Source: an uncultured Planctomycetaceae bacterium
GTDB lineage: Bacteria; Planctomycetota; Planctomycetia; Isosphaerales; Isosphaeraceae
Length of the DNA stretch: 64,000 bases
Direction: 5' to 3'
Assembly (NCBI GenBank): GCA_963833985.1
Contig: CAWIAD010000002.1
Span: 1,536,001-1,600,000, forward strand
Below the pieces are notes generated by a model, which worked only from the letters and a program-made list of their open reading frames with translations, was not told the DNA's origin and made no database searches. The number at the start of each line of letters is the position of its first letter. The first letter of the stretch is position 1. The translations under genes were made by a program, and so were the position numbers. Shown one piece after another: positions 19,406 to 29,752 of this stretch.

Positions 19406-19524
19406 CAGGGTCGAGGACGTTCGCTGTACGATCGTCCGCATGCCGCCTGAGCTCCTTGGCACGAACCCCGCCTCATCGAGCTCACCCGAGCCCGGCAGCC
19501 TCTCCTCCGTTGCAGGAGCACACC

Positions 19525-20370
19525 ATGATCGAGCTGGGTATGCACACCGACAACTGGCGCACACTCTGCGGCAACTTCCGCACGGCCGTCGAATCGGCGG
19601 TGAAGTACCGCCTGCCGTACATCGAGTTCGGCGTGATCCACGGGCAGTACTTCGTCCATGGGCTGGGTTACGACCCCGCGGTCTCGCTGCAATCCAATCC
19701 CCGCGCGTTGAAGCGATCGCTCGACCAGTACGGACTGAAGGTTTCGCAGATCGATGCGGCCTACCCGCTCATGGGTCCCGATGGTTCAAGCATCGGCGTG
19801 CCGTACGTGCAGCAGGCGATCCGTTTTGCCGCCGAGATTGGCTGCCCATACGTGGATACCACCGACGGTGCCGCGAAGACCGAGGGCAGCACGGACGATG
19901 AGGTCTTCCGAATCACCTGCGACAACTACCGGCAATGCCTCGCCTGGGCGCAGGACTACGGCGTCGGCATCAATATCGAGACTCATGGTCCCTATACCAC
20001 CAACGGAGACTTCCTGGAGCGGCTATTCCGCCATTTCGACTCGCCGCTCCTGCGATTCAACTTCGACACGGGGAACACCTACATCTCCGGCAACGACCCG
20101 CTGGAATACCTCGAGCGGTTCTATCCGTACCTGGCCCACTGTCACATCAAGGATGTGGCGCCCGAGCTTGCCAGCTCGTCGCGCGGCGAGGAGACGGGCA
20201 TCGCCACCAGCGAGGTGGCCCTGGGGCAGGGCGTGAACGCCGAGAACATTCAAAAATGCGTCAACTTCCTGAAGAGGTCGGGCTGGCGCGGCGTGCTCTC
20301 CATCGAGTGCTCCGGTCAGGACCGGAACATCCGCCAGAGCGTTGCGTTCCTGCGCGAGCTGCTCGGCTGA
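19525..20370 (+). CDS. Sugar phosphate isomerase/epimerase (xylose isomerase-like TIM barrel)
   Basis: AGGAG RBS. INIETHG, FNFDTGN, HCHIKD and LSIEC metal-ligand motifs. Confidence 0.9.
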   Translation: MIELGMHTDNWRTLCGNFRTAVESAVKYRLPYIEFGVIHGQYFVHGLGYDPAVSLQSNPRALKRSLDQYGLKVSQIDAAYPLMGPDGSSIGVPYVQQAIRFAAEIGCPYVDTTDGAAKTEGSTDDEVFRITCDNYRQCLAWAQDYGVGINIETHGPYTTNGDFLERLFRHFDSPLLRFNFDTGNTYISGNDPLEYLERFYPYLAHCHIKDVAPELASSSRGEETGIATSEVALGQGVNAENIQKCVNFLKRSGWRGVLSIECSGQDRNIRQSVAFLRELLG

Positions 20371-20439
20371 AGCTCACGCGCGCGGCCGTGATACACCCTT
20401 TGTGCCCTGCTCCTGGATGCTCTTGAAAGGAGTGCCGAC

Positions 20440-21171
20440 ATGTCCACACACCTCTGCTTGCTGCTTGCCGCGCTGTACTTCACCCCCGCGGCACAGGGCC
20501 TGGCGTTGCAGCCGCCTCCCGTGCGCGTGCTGCTGGTGACGGGCGTGGACCATCCGGCCCACCACTGGAAGGAAACCGCGCCGGCGCTCAAACGGCTGCT
20601 CGAAGCGGATGGACGATGCAGCGTCCGGATCGTCGAGGATCCCGAGGTCCTGGCCACGGATGCGGTGTTCGACTGTGACGTCGTGCTGCTGCACTTTCGC
20701 AATGAGACGCCCCTGCGGAATGAGGCGCAGGCGCGCGCGAACCTCCAGCGGTTGCTGAAGGAAGGCCGCGGCCTCGTCCTCGTTCACTTCGCCTGCGGTG
20801 CCTTCGGCGACTGGCCGTGGTTCGGCGAGGTCGCGGGAATGGTCTGGGACGGCAAGAACATGCACGACCCGCGCGGGCCGTTCGACGTTCGCATTGTCGA
20901 CTCGCGACATCCCATCACCGCCGGCCTGGCAGATTTCCACACGGACGACGAGCTCTACATTGGATTGGACCAGAAGCGGCCGGTGGAGGTTCTGGCGGTG
21001 GCCAGGTCCAGGGTGACTGGACGCGAACACCCGATGGCCTTCACGCTGGAGGTGGGCCAGGGCCGGGTCTTCCACACTCCGCTGGGCCACGACGTCAAGG
21101 CACTGGAGATGCCGGGCGTTGCCGAGTTGATCCGCAGGGGCTGCCGCTGGGCGGCGGGCCGCACGCCCTGA
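20440..21171 (+). CDS. Secreted ThuA-like (trehalose utilisation / GATase-fold) domain protein
   Basis: Signal peptide, VLLVTG.DHPAH, GLVLVHFA, HPITAGL.DF.T.DELY, GRVFHTPLGHD. Confidence 0.88.
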   Translation: MSTHLCLLLAALYFTPAAQGLALQPPPVRVLLVTGVDHPAHHWKETAPALKRLLEADGRCSVRIVEDPEVLATDAVFDCDVVLLHFRNETPLRNEAQARANLQRLLKEGRGLVLVHFACGAFGDWPWFGEVAGMVWDGKNMHDPRGPFDVRIVDSRHPITAGLADFHTDDELYIGLDQKRPVEVLAVARSRVTGREHPMAFTLEVGQGRVFHTPLGHDVKALEMPGVAELIRRGCRWAAGRTP

Positions 21172-21223
21172 GCCCGGTCAGGATGGATCGGACATAAAAA
21201 TACTCTTTTGTCGAGGAACGGCC

Positions 21224-22048
21224 ATGGGGGCAATTCATCTGGGAATCAATCTCGAATTCGTACGCCATGAGGACAAGCCGTTCGAGTGGGGCGTCCGCAT
21301 GGCGGCCGAGCTCGGCTTCACGCACGTCGAACCGATGGTCCACCTGGGACGCGAGCTCCTGAGCGAGGCCGGCTACTTCCACAGCGTCTCCATGCTGGAC
21401 GATCCCCTGCGCATCCGGCGCGCCTGCGAGAACCACGGGCTGAAGCTCTCCGGCCTCTCCGCGCACGCGCCACTCTGCAAGCCAGATATCAGTGTTGATT
21501 ACCTCAAGCAGGCGATCCGCTTCGCCGCGGAATGCGGGGCACCCCTCATCAACACCGACGAGGGCCCCAAGCCCTCGTGGACCACAATTGAAGAGGACCA
21601 TGCGCTGATGCGCTACACGCTCCAGGAGGCGGTCCTGGTGGCGGAGCCGCGCGGCATCAAGATTGGCCTGGAGCCGCACCAGCAGTACAGTCAGCATCCT
21701 GCGGGACTGGACCGGATCTACTCTCTGGTGCGGAGCCCGGCCCTGGGCATCAACTTCGACACCGGCAACGCCTACCTCTGCGGCGAGGATCCTTACTCCT
21801 GGCTGGAGAGCGTGGCCGGTCGCCTGGTGCACCTGCACGCCAAGGACATCTCGCCGCAGCAATCGAGCGCCGATCGAGGCAAGGTGACGGGAACCCCCGT
21901 CGGCTGTGCCTGCGGCGATGGCGTCATTGACTGGGAGCGCGTTGTCGCCATCTGCCGCAAGGCCCCACGCGATATCGTCTTCTCCGTGGAGTGCGGAACG
22001 GTGGAGCAAGCGGAGCGCTCGTCCAAACACCTGGCCACCCTGGTCTGA
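21224..22048 (+). CDS. Sugar phosphate isomerase/epimerase (TIM barrel)
   Basis: IGLEPHQ, INFDTGN, HLHAKD, FSVECG. Paralogue of 19525-20370. Confidence 0.9.
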   Translation: MGAIHLGINLEFVRHEDKPFEWGVRMAAELGFTHVEPMVHLGRELLSEAGYFHSVSMLDDPLRIRRACENHGLKLSGLSAHAPLCKPDISVDYLKQAIRFAAECGAPLINTDEGPKPSWTTIEEDHALMRYTLQEAVLVAEPRGIKIGLEPHQQYSQHPAGLDRIYSLVRSPALGINFDTGNAYLCGEDPYSWLESVAGRLVHLHAKDISPQQSSADRGKVTGTPVGCACGDGVIDWERVVAICRKAPRDIVFSVECGTVEQAERSSKHLATLV

Positions 22049-22064
22049 AGTGTTCAGGCCCGCG

Positions 22065-23538
22065 TCAACTCCCGGGAAATCGCATGTGCTCCGCGAAGCA
22101 GTCCTGAAAGCGCGTGTCGGAGGCAAGCTCGACGTGCTCGGCGGCGGCCAGGATGCCGTCGAGTATGGGCTGGCGACGTGAGCCTGCCAGCAGGAGCATG
22201 CGGGCGCCTCGCAGCGCCGTGTTGCCGGCGGCCGAGGGGTGGTCCGCCCAGGAGGGGAGCAAGCCGATCCCGCGGGCGCTCTGGCCCCGGATGTAATTGC
22301 CGAAGGCCCCGGCAAGGTGGATGCGCGCCGAGGCGACCTTCCGGCCGTCCAGCAGCAGCGCCAGACCGGCGGCCACGGCCCCCTTGGCCAGTTGCAGCTC
22401 GCGGATATCGGCCTGCGACAGGGCCACGGGCCCGGCCAGGGGAAGGGACGACCGGCCCGCGCTCAGGCGTCCGCTCGCCGCGATCCAGCCCAGCTCGAGC
22501 GCCGCGGCTGCCGCGTCGACCAGTCCGCTGCCGCAAAGCCCGCGCGGCGGGCCGCCGCCGATCACGGAGCAAACCAGCGCCTCCATCCACGATCGAGACC
22601 CCGTCGATCGCTCCCGCACCGGCTCGCATGCCACGGCCGATCCGGCCTCCCTCGAAGGCCGGTCCCGCCGCCGTCGAGGCGCAGCGGATCCGGTCCTTGT
22701 TTCCGACCGCGATCTCGCCGTTGGTGCCCAGGTCAAGCAGCACGCTTGGCTCGGCAGCATCGTGCAGGCCCGTCGCCACCAGCCCCGTCAGGACGTCGCT
22801 GCCCACGAACCCTCCCAGGCAGGGCAGGAAGCACGCCGACCGGACGAGCTTCAGCTCCCAGCCCAGCTCGCGTGCCTGGAAGAACCCGGGCCCGAGCACC
22901 AGCGGCCGGAAGGGGACGGCAGCCAGCGGCTCGACGGAGAGGCCGCAGAAGAAGTGGTGCATCGCCGTGTTGCCGACAAGGAAGACGTCTTCCAGGGGCT
23001 GCTCCGCGGCGAGCCTGCGCAGCATGCCGCCGACGGTGCCGCGAATCAAGGCCGTCATGACCCCCGGCTCGGCGAGGTCATGATGAATCCGGCTCATCAG
23101 GTCGGCACCGAAGCGGGCCTGGGGGTTGAGCGCTGTCTCGTGCTTGAGCACCACGCCCGTGCGGCGATCGACCACCTGGACGACCAGGGTGGTCGTGCCA
23201 ACGTCGACCACGGCGCCCAGGCCTTCGGCCGGCTCGAAAGGCACCGGAGCGAGGTCGTCGAGCACGCGCAGCGACCATTGCGCGATCTCGAGCGTGACCG
23301 GCGAGCGTGCCTCGGCCAGGCAGCCCAGCCTCCAGCCGGCCTCGATCTCGGCAGGAGAGAGCGCGGCACGCATCTCCTCGGTGGCGGGCACGTCGCCATC
23401 CAGGACGCGGACCTTGCAGCCTCCGCATTGCGAGATCCCTCCGCAGGGAAATTCGACGCCGCGTTCGAAGAGCAGGTCACGCAGCGACCGCTCGTCGGTC
23501 GGCTCGAGCCGGAGCAGTTCCGATGCAGCGATGGTCAC
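22065..23538 (-). CDS. ASKHA-domain ATP-dependent reductive activator of corrinoid proteins (RACo/DUF4445) with N-terminal 2Fe-2S domain; frameshift near 22581
   Basis: CGGISQCGGCKV, RLGC, VDVGTTT, NPQARFGADLMSRI, DLGTNGE and STAAGPAFEG in one frame. GLCGSG, DIRELQLAKGA and AGAFGNY in a second frame. GTG start overlaps the upstream stop. Confidence 0.9.
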
Positions 23539-24546
23539 GGACGATGACTCTGCGCGAATTCCTTGAAGGCGTTGAGGTTTTCCGTGGGCGTGCCGCGCGG
23601 CACCTCGCACCCTGCGCCGACGATGTACTGCGGGCCAGCGTCCTCGTAGCAGGCCTCCAGGGCGCGCGTGACGCTTTCGGGGGTGCCGTCGCGAACGGCA
23701 CGCACGGGGTCGAGATTTCCCAGCAGCACCTGCCGCGGACCCATGGCCGCCCGCGCTTCCGCCACCGGACTGGGGAAATCGAGATCCACGATGTCCGCGC
23801 CCACGGCGCCCATGCCGCCGAGGATCTTCCGGGTGTTGCCGCAGATGTGCAGCCGGACGCGTGCGCCGGCGGCCTTGATCGCGGCGACCAGTTCCTGCTC
23901 ATACGGCAGCACGAACTTTTCATAGAGTCTTGGCCCGATCAACGACGCCGCGGCGTCGCCGATGCCGATGATGTCGGCGCCCGCCTCGACCTGGCGCTGC
24001 GCGAAGGCGGTCTCCATGGCGACCACGAACTTGAAGAGCCGGTGCACGAACACCGGGTCGTCGTGAAAATCGAGCATGAGCGTATTCATGCCCCTGAGGT
24101 CTGCGCCGATGGCGCAGGGGCCTTCCACCCATCCCTCGACGATGAGCGTACCGGCCGTGCGCTGTTTCAGCATTGCCACCGCGTCGATGCGGTCGCGCAT
24201 GCGTCCTCCCCTCGTCATGAGAGGGATCTCAAGCTTCTCCAGCCGCTCCTTCTCTTGCAGCAGGGCCCGGCTCTCGACGATCGCCGGCGGCTGGTGCTCG
24301 AACCACTCGACGGCACCACCGAGGTCGCTGACCTCGCGCCGGGTCCGAGATCGCCGACACATAATCGAGTCCGTACGTTCCGGCCACCCGCACCTGGGCT
24401 TCGGCCAGCACGCGGTGGTCGGCGGCATAGCCGCGATAGGGAACACCCGCCAGGTCGGCCGCGAACATCATGGTGATGGGCATCAGCGGGAGATGGTCGA
24501 CAGCCCGGCCCTCGATCATGGCCAGCACGCGTTCCTTGCCGTTCAT
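23535..24546 (-). CDS. UroD/MtaA-family (methylcobamide:acceptor) methyltransferase; frameshift near 24336
   Basis: MNGKERVLA...PITMMFAA...ISDPAR|EVSDLG, EGPCA, GIGDAAAS, LHICG, LGNLDPV, GAGCEV. Confidence 0.88.
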
Positions 24547-25286
24547 GGCGAGCTCCTTTCCGCCGCGATGATCCCCTGGCCTGGCCGGGCAACGATCCGC
24601 TGGCCGGGTGGGACGATCAGGAAGCGTTCGGCGTCCCAGTCGCCTGCCAGAAGCTCCCGGAACAGGCTGAGATCGCCGCGTACTTTTTCGAACCGCCAGC
24701 CCTTCTCGGCGGCTTCTGCGCGCGCCTGGACTTCAAAGCGGCCGTCCGGCTCGATGCCCGTCTCGATGAAGGTTAATTGCTGGTAGGCCTGCTGGTAGCG
24801 CGTCAGCTCATCGTACAGGAAGCGGCCGTTCTCCTCGCCGTAGCGATCGATGAGCGCCTCGCGGGTGTAGCCCATGCCGGTCTGCGTGCGCGCCAGGGGC
24901 TCGATATCCGCGCCGCGCTCGACCCAGCCGGTCGAGCGATAGTAGGCTCCCGGATGATCGTGAAAGTACTGCTCGAACGCGCCGGTGCTGCCCATCAGGA
25001 GCGTGATGCAGTCATGAGCCCGCGGCACGACGAGGGGGATCGACCGCGCTTCCAGCCCGGCCAGGCCGTTGCCGCACAGGCCGTAGCCCAGGGCGACCGC
25101 GTCATACCTCTCGGTGCCCAGCTCGGTCTCGTCGATGGCCGCCTGGATCCCGCCGCGCATCGTCCGCGCACCGCGGTCGTGCAGGCCCTTGGAGAGGAAG
25201 CGCGCGTCGATCACGTGCGGCGAGCGGATGACGGCGTCGCACAGTTCCCGGATGATCACCTCGCAGCCGATCAGGAGGATACGCAT
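24543..25286 (-). CDS. DUF1638 domain protein
   Basis: GCEV, GLHD, LGYGLCGNGL, PRAHDCITLLMGS, YY...GW.E motifs. Typical companion of corrinoid methyltransferase clusters. Confidence 0.88.
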   Translation of the reverse strand: MRILLIGCEVIIRELCDAVIRSPHVIDARFLSKGLHDRGARTMRGGIQAAIDETELGTERYDAVALGYGLCGNGLAGLEARSIPLVVPRAHDCITLLMGSTGAFEQYFHDHPGAYYRSTGWVERGADIEPLARTQTGMGYTREALIDRYGEENGRFLYDELTRYQQAYQQLTFIETGIEPDGRFEVQARAEAAEKGWRFEKVRGDLSLFRELLAGDWDAERFLIVPPGQRIVARPGQGIIAAERSSP

Positions 25287-26155
25287 GATGCCGCGTCTCC
25301 CAGCGCGCGAACGAACTCCGGGCCTGTACCGCAGCAACCGCCCAGAAACGAAGCACCGGCCTCCACGAGCACCCGGAGATGGCTCGCGAAGACGCCCGGT
25401 GTCATGGTGTAGACCGCGTGGCCGGCCTCGAGCGTTGGCAGGCCCGCGTTCGGCTTGATCCACACGGGCAGGCCGGAACTCTCCCTGAGCCGCCGGCAGA
25501 TCGCTGGGAACGCATCAGGCCCTGCGCCGCAGTTCGCCCCGACGGCATCCGCACCGGCCTCGGCCATGGCGCGTCCGGCCTGCTCCGGCGTCACGCCCAT
25601 CATGGTGCGATCTTTGGCCTTGCCGCTGTCGAACGCGAACGAGACGACGATCGGCAGCCCGGTGGACTGCGACGCGCGGAGGGCCAGGCGCGCTTCGTCC
25701 ACGTCGCTGAAGGTTTCCAGCAAGAGCGCGTCCACGCCTCCGGACGCCAGTGCCTGGGCCTGAAGCTGGAACGCGGCGAGCACCGCGGCCTCGTCGATCT
25801 CGCTGGTGGCCAGCACCTTGCCGGTTGGCCCCATCGAGCCGAAGACGCGCACCTTGTTTCCCGCGGCCTTGCGCGACAGCTCGGCCCCGCGCCGGTTGAT
25901 GGCCACGGCCTGCTCGTCCCGCCCGAGAGCCCCCAGCGCCACAGGGTTGCCCCGGAACGTGTTCGTGAGGATCACCTGGCTGCCGGCCTCCACATAAGAC
26001 CGCGCCACGGCCTCGACCGCCTCCGGCCGGCTCAGGTTCCAGACGTCGGCCGGCTCGCCGATCGGTAGCCCGCGTTTCTGGAACTCTGTACCCCAGGCGC
26101 CGTCGGTGATGACGGGAGCTGTCCCGAACAGTGGCAATAGCCGGCTCAATTCCAT
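25271..26155 (-). CDS. Homocysteine S-methyltransferase family protein (stand-alone MetH N-terminal domain)
   Basis: TDGAWGT, ILTNTF, GSMGPTG, GANCG, KPNAGLP, GGCCGT (Zn-binding cysteines). Confidence 0.92.
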   Translation of the reverse strand: MELSRLLPLFGTAPVITDGAWGTEFQKRGLPIGEPADVWNLSRPEAVEAVARSYVEAGSQVILTNTFRGNPVALGALGRDEQAVAINRRGAELSRKAAGNKVRVFGSMGPTGKVLATSEIDEAAVLAAFQLQAQALASGGVDALLLETFSDVDEARLALRASQSTGLPIVVSFAFDSGKAKDRTMMGVTPEQAGRAMAEAGADAVGANCGAGPDAFPAICRRLRESSGLPVWIKPNAGLPTLEAGHAVYTMTPGVFASHLRVLVEAGASFLGGCCGTGPEFVRALGDAASCVSS

Positions 26156-26216
26156 CTCCTTACGTCACGCGGGAAGTCCTGTTGCCGCTGGATGACGGCG
26201 GCGCTATGGAGGTCTG

Positions 26217-26358
26217 GAGCGGTTTTCACTCGGATCGAAGATTGAGACCGGGGGGCAGGCATTCCTGCCTGCCGGAGCAGGCCTGTCCTGGCAGACAGGA
26301 ATGTCTGCCCCCCTTCCAAGATCTCAGAAAGTGCCTGCAACCCATCAGAAAACCGCTC
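26217..26358 (+). mobile_element. ~142-bp MITE-like element, copy 1, carrying a REP-like double hairpin
   Basis: Terminal inverted repeats GAGCGGTTTTC / GAAAACCGCTC. Internal GGCAGGCATTCCTGCCTGCC...GGCAGACAGGAATGTCTGCC. Inverted homolog at 35598-35734. Confidence 0.75.
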
Positions 26359-26406
26359 TGATTGTGTGTCCTCTCAGGCATCCTCCGGACGGCAGACCTC
26401 TGCCGT

Positions 26407-27456
26407 TCATCCTCCCATCGCCTCCACCTTTTTCCAGATCGAATCGCTCGCACCGGGGACATGCAGGACATCGCATTCGGTTCCCAGAATATGGGCGTGG
26501 CCGCACGCGCTCATGGCTTGCGTCAGCTCATCGCAGCGCCGGCGCACCTCTTCCACGGGCATGTCGCCGTCGGAGTAGAACGACTTCGACGGGAGGTTGC
26601 CGTAGAGCACCACCGAGTCGGGCACGAGGGCCGCATCCTCCCAGAGCTTGCGGCTGCTGCCCAGGCTGAGCATCGCCGGCTCGAGGCGGTGTGCGAATTC
26701 CTGGACCATCCCGCCAGTCAGCTCACCGCAGTTGTGGAAGATGAGCGCGCAATCCGCGGCACGCAGCATCTGGACCACGCGTGCGTTCGGCTCGATCACC
26801 AGCCGCTCGAAGATCGGCGAGCCGGCCCTGATCTGGCGCGGCGAGAGGAAAGCCGTGCTCGCCGCGGGCTCGCAGACGAGCAGGGCACGCGCCCCATGCG
26901 CGATCTGGCGCCGTGCCGAGGACATGACGATGGCCTCCGCGGCGTCCAGGCAATCGCACAGCAGTTGCACCTGCGAATCAACCTCCGGCGCGGACCCCGA
27001 GCCCAGGAGGGCCACGGCGGTGATCGGGTCGGCCATCAGCTTCGTCGCCAGAGAGAACGGACCGATCGTCATGCCGATCGGCATCATGCCGGTCTTGCCG
27101 GAGAGGTATTGCAGGGCCAGATCACGCGCGGCACTCCCCGGGCAGCGCGGTGCGTCGCCGTGGTGCAGTGCCTCCCTGGTGGGAGTATCGAAGGGTTCGG
27201 GAAAGTGAAACCGATCCGCGGCGCTCTCGTCTACTCCCAGCCTGGCCAGCAGATCGGCCTTCTCGAGGCGCAGATCCATGAGCGGGAAGGCCAGCGCAGT
27301 GCCCCACTGCCGCGCGTTGCGTTCCACGACCTGGCCAAGCCGCCGGCCGTCGCACCGCGCGGCTTCCGGATCTGGCTCCTGATGCAGCACCAGGTCGGTG
27401 GTCATCGGAACTCGCGGGCGTGCGCGGGCGAGTTCAAGAAACGTCGCGCTGGACAT
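26407..27456 (-). CDS. UroD/MtaA-family methyltransferase-like protein
   Basis: MDLRLEKA, IGPFSLA, VCEPAAS, FHNCG, LYGNLPS, GTECDV. Confidence 0.8.
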   Translation of the reverse strand: MSSATFLELARARPRVPMTTDLVLHQEPDPEAARCDGRRLGQVVERNARQWGTALAFPLMDLRLEKADLLARLGVDESAADRFHFPEPFDTPTREALHHGDAPRCPGSAARDLALQYLSGKTGMMPIGMTIGPFSLATKLMADPITAVALLGSGSAPEVDSQVQLLCDCLDAAEAIVMSSARRQIAHGARALLVCEPAASTAFLSPRQIRAGSPIFERLVIEPNARVVQMLRAADCALIFHNCGELTGGMVQEFAHRLEPAMLSLGSSRKLWEDAALVPDSVVLYGNLPSKSFYSDGDMPVEEVRRRCDELTQAMSACGHAHILGTECDVLHVPGASDSIWKKVEAMGG

Positions 27457-27489
27457 GATGGCCTGCCTGTCTCGCGTGGCCTGATTAGT

Positions 27490-28126
27490 CTAGCCGACGC
27501 CGCACATCCGCCGCGCCAGGGCGACCGCGTTGCTGGCGCTCTCGCCATAGCCGTCGGCACCGATCTCGCTGGCGTACTGCTGGGTGACCGGCGCGCCACC
27601 CACGAGCACCTTCACCCGGTCGCGCACGCCCGCTTGCTTGAGCGCCTCGATCGTGCTCTTCATGGAAGGCATGGTGACCGTGAGCAAGGCTGAGAGGCAG
27701 ACGATCTGGACGCCCTGCTCGCGCACGGCCTCGATGAACTTCTCGGGCGGCACGTCGGCGCCGAGGTCGATCACTTCGAAACCGCCCCCTTCCAGAAGCG
27801 AGGCCACCAGGTTCTTGCCGATATCGTGCAAATCTCCCTTCACGGTGCCGATGGCGACGGTCCCCGTGGGCTTCGCCCCGCTCGGCCAGGAGCGGGCGCA
27901 GCAGTTGCAGAGAGCCCTTCATCGCCCGTGCGGCGAGCAGCAGCTCGGGCACGAAGTACTCTTCTTCCTCGTAGCGTTTGCCCACCTCGTCCATCGCCGG
28001 CACCATGGTGCCCGAGATCAACGCGAGCGGGTCCATGTTCTCGGCAATCGCCTCTCGGGTCACCTCGACGGCCGTCCTGGCGTCGCCGTTCAAAACCGCG
28101 TCATAGAGCTTTTTCAGATCGGCCAT
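27490..28126 (-). CDS. Corrinoid (cobalamin-binding) protein, MtbC/MttC-like; frameshift near 27875
   Basis: Cap domain (PAMDEVGKRYEEEEYFVPELLLAARAMK), then GTVKGDLHDIGKNLV (DxHxxG), SALLTVTM, VGGAPVT, IGADGY. Confidence 0.93.
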
Positions 28127-28154
28127 GGGCTGCACCTCATCTTCGGAACTGGCG

Positions 28155-29457
28155 TCAATGGCGACCGTTGAATTCGCGCACGGCGTCGAACATCGCCACG
28201 ATATTCGCCGTCGGCGTACCGGCCTGAATGTTATGGATGGTGTTGAAGATGAAACCCCCGCCCGGCGCGAAGATCTCGCAGCGCCGGAGCACCTGCTCGC
28301 GAACCTCTGCCGGCGTTCCGAACGGCAAGGTCTGCTGGGTGTCCACGCCACCACCCCAGAAGGTCAACCTGCTGCCGTACTCCTGCTTGAGCCCCTCCGG
28401 CTCCATTCCCGCGGCCGAGCACTGAACGGGGTTGACGATCTCGAAGCCCGCCTCGACGAACGATTCATAGAACCGCTTCACCGATCCGCATGAGTGCTTG
28501 AAGCAGCGCCAGGTCGTTTTGGCGTGGATCCAGCCGCAGATCCGCTTGTAATAAGGGAGCCAGAGCTCACGAAACGTAGGCACCGAGCAGAAGGCCGAGG
28601 TCTGGGTGCCGAAGTCGGTGCCACAGAGGAAGACGGCATCGATCGCATTGCCGATCGCCGAGTGCACCTGCGCCAGGTTCTGTACGCGCGATCTCGGTTT
28701 GCCGTTCGTAGATCTGGTGGATGTAGTCGCGCCGGCTCTTGAGCGACATGTACCACTCACCGATATCGCGAATGCCGCGTGGGTCCTTGAGGAACGGCGC
28801 AGGCACCAGCGCGATATCGCCCAGCGCCGTGCCGCCGAAGCTGGCGATCACGGCCCGGCCGGACTGGCAAGCACGATCGACGTCGGCCTTGATGGCGGCC
28901 AGGTCGTTCTCGTTCAGAAGCTGGAATTCCTCCAGGTTGTCCTCGACGTTCAGGTTCTCGTCGTCCAGGGGGGGCTGCCGGATGATCGCGTCAAAGAAGT
29001 GAAATCCTCGGGGCATGCGCCCGCTTGGCCCGGCCGTCAGATCGCCCTGCGGATAGATCAGGATATCGCCATTTTCGCCGACCGTGGTGCGGAACATGCC
29101 GGGAACGAGCACTTCCAGGCCGTTGAAATCCCAGGTCTTCCAGTCCCTGTTCTCGAAACCGAACATGGTCCGCCGGCGGAACACGCCCTCGACGTCGATG
29201 CCCAGTACGTCTTTCAGATCATCGTCGATCATCCCGAGCATCTGGAACGGCTCATGAACCTTCACGGGCCGCTTTTCCAGGCCATAATGATCGCGGAGCG
29301 CCGCGACGCAACTGACGTGGATGCCCGTCACCGAAGTGCCGCCGAAGTCGATGGGGACCTGGTCCGGCTGCGTGTGTGCCAGCGCGTCGAGCACGCGTTG
29401 CCGGCTCGCAGAGAGTCTGGGTTCCGCCTGAAGTGTCGTCATGGTGCTAACCCTCAT
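28155..29457 (-). CDS. UroD-family methyltransferase; frameshift near 28687
   Basis: SRQRVLDAL.H..PD.VPIDFGGT, LGDIALVP, CGTDFGTQ, FKHSCGS, NPVQCSA, FWGGGVDTQ, HNIQ. Start at 29457 or 29442. Confidence 0.88.
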
Positions 29458-29752
29458 CGGTTAGAGGCAGTGACTTCAAGCCTAGCCGTGCCCGCACAGC
29501 GGGTCAACGAGATGGAGCGCCAAGCGGGTGGATCCGACCAGGACGGATCCCGCCAGGGGCCGGATGCTGGTGCTCAACGACTTCTTTTGATTCAGTGCTT
29601 CCGCCCGCAGCGATTCCGAGCCATCAGGCCGTGGGGCCAGCGACGGCGCAGGCCCGCCAGACGCTATCCGGTGACGTCGAAGGCCCCTACCTGGTGGAGT
29701 CGGCCGGCCACCTGAATCCGGATCCTCTCTTCGACGGCACCCTGGCACTGAG

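Noticed and set aside
29458..29752. Cobalamin riboswitch upstream of the corrinoid operon
   Set aside because: No recognisable B12-box or conserved GGGAA/GCCACTG elements by eye on the minus strand. An Rfam/Infernal search would settle it.
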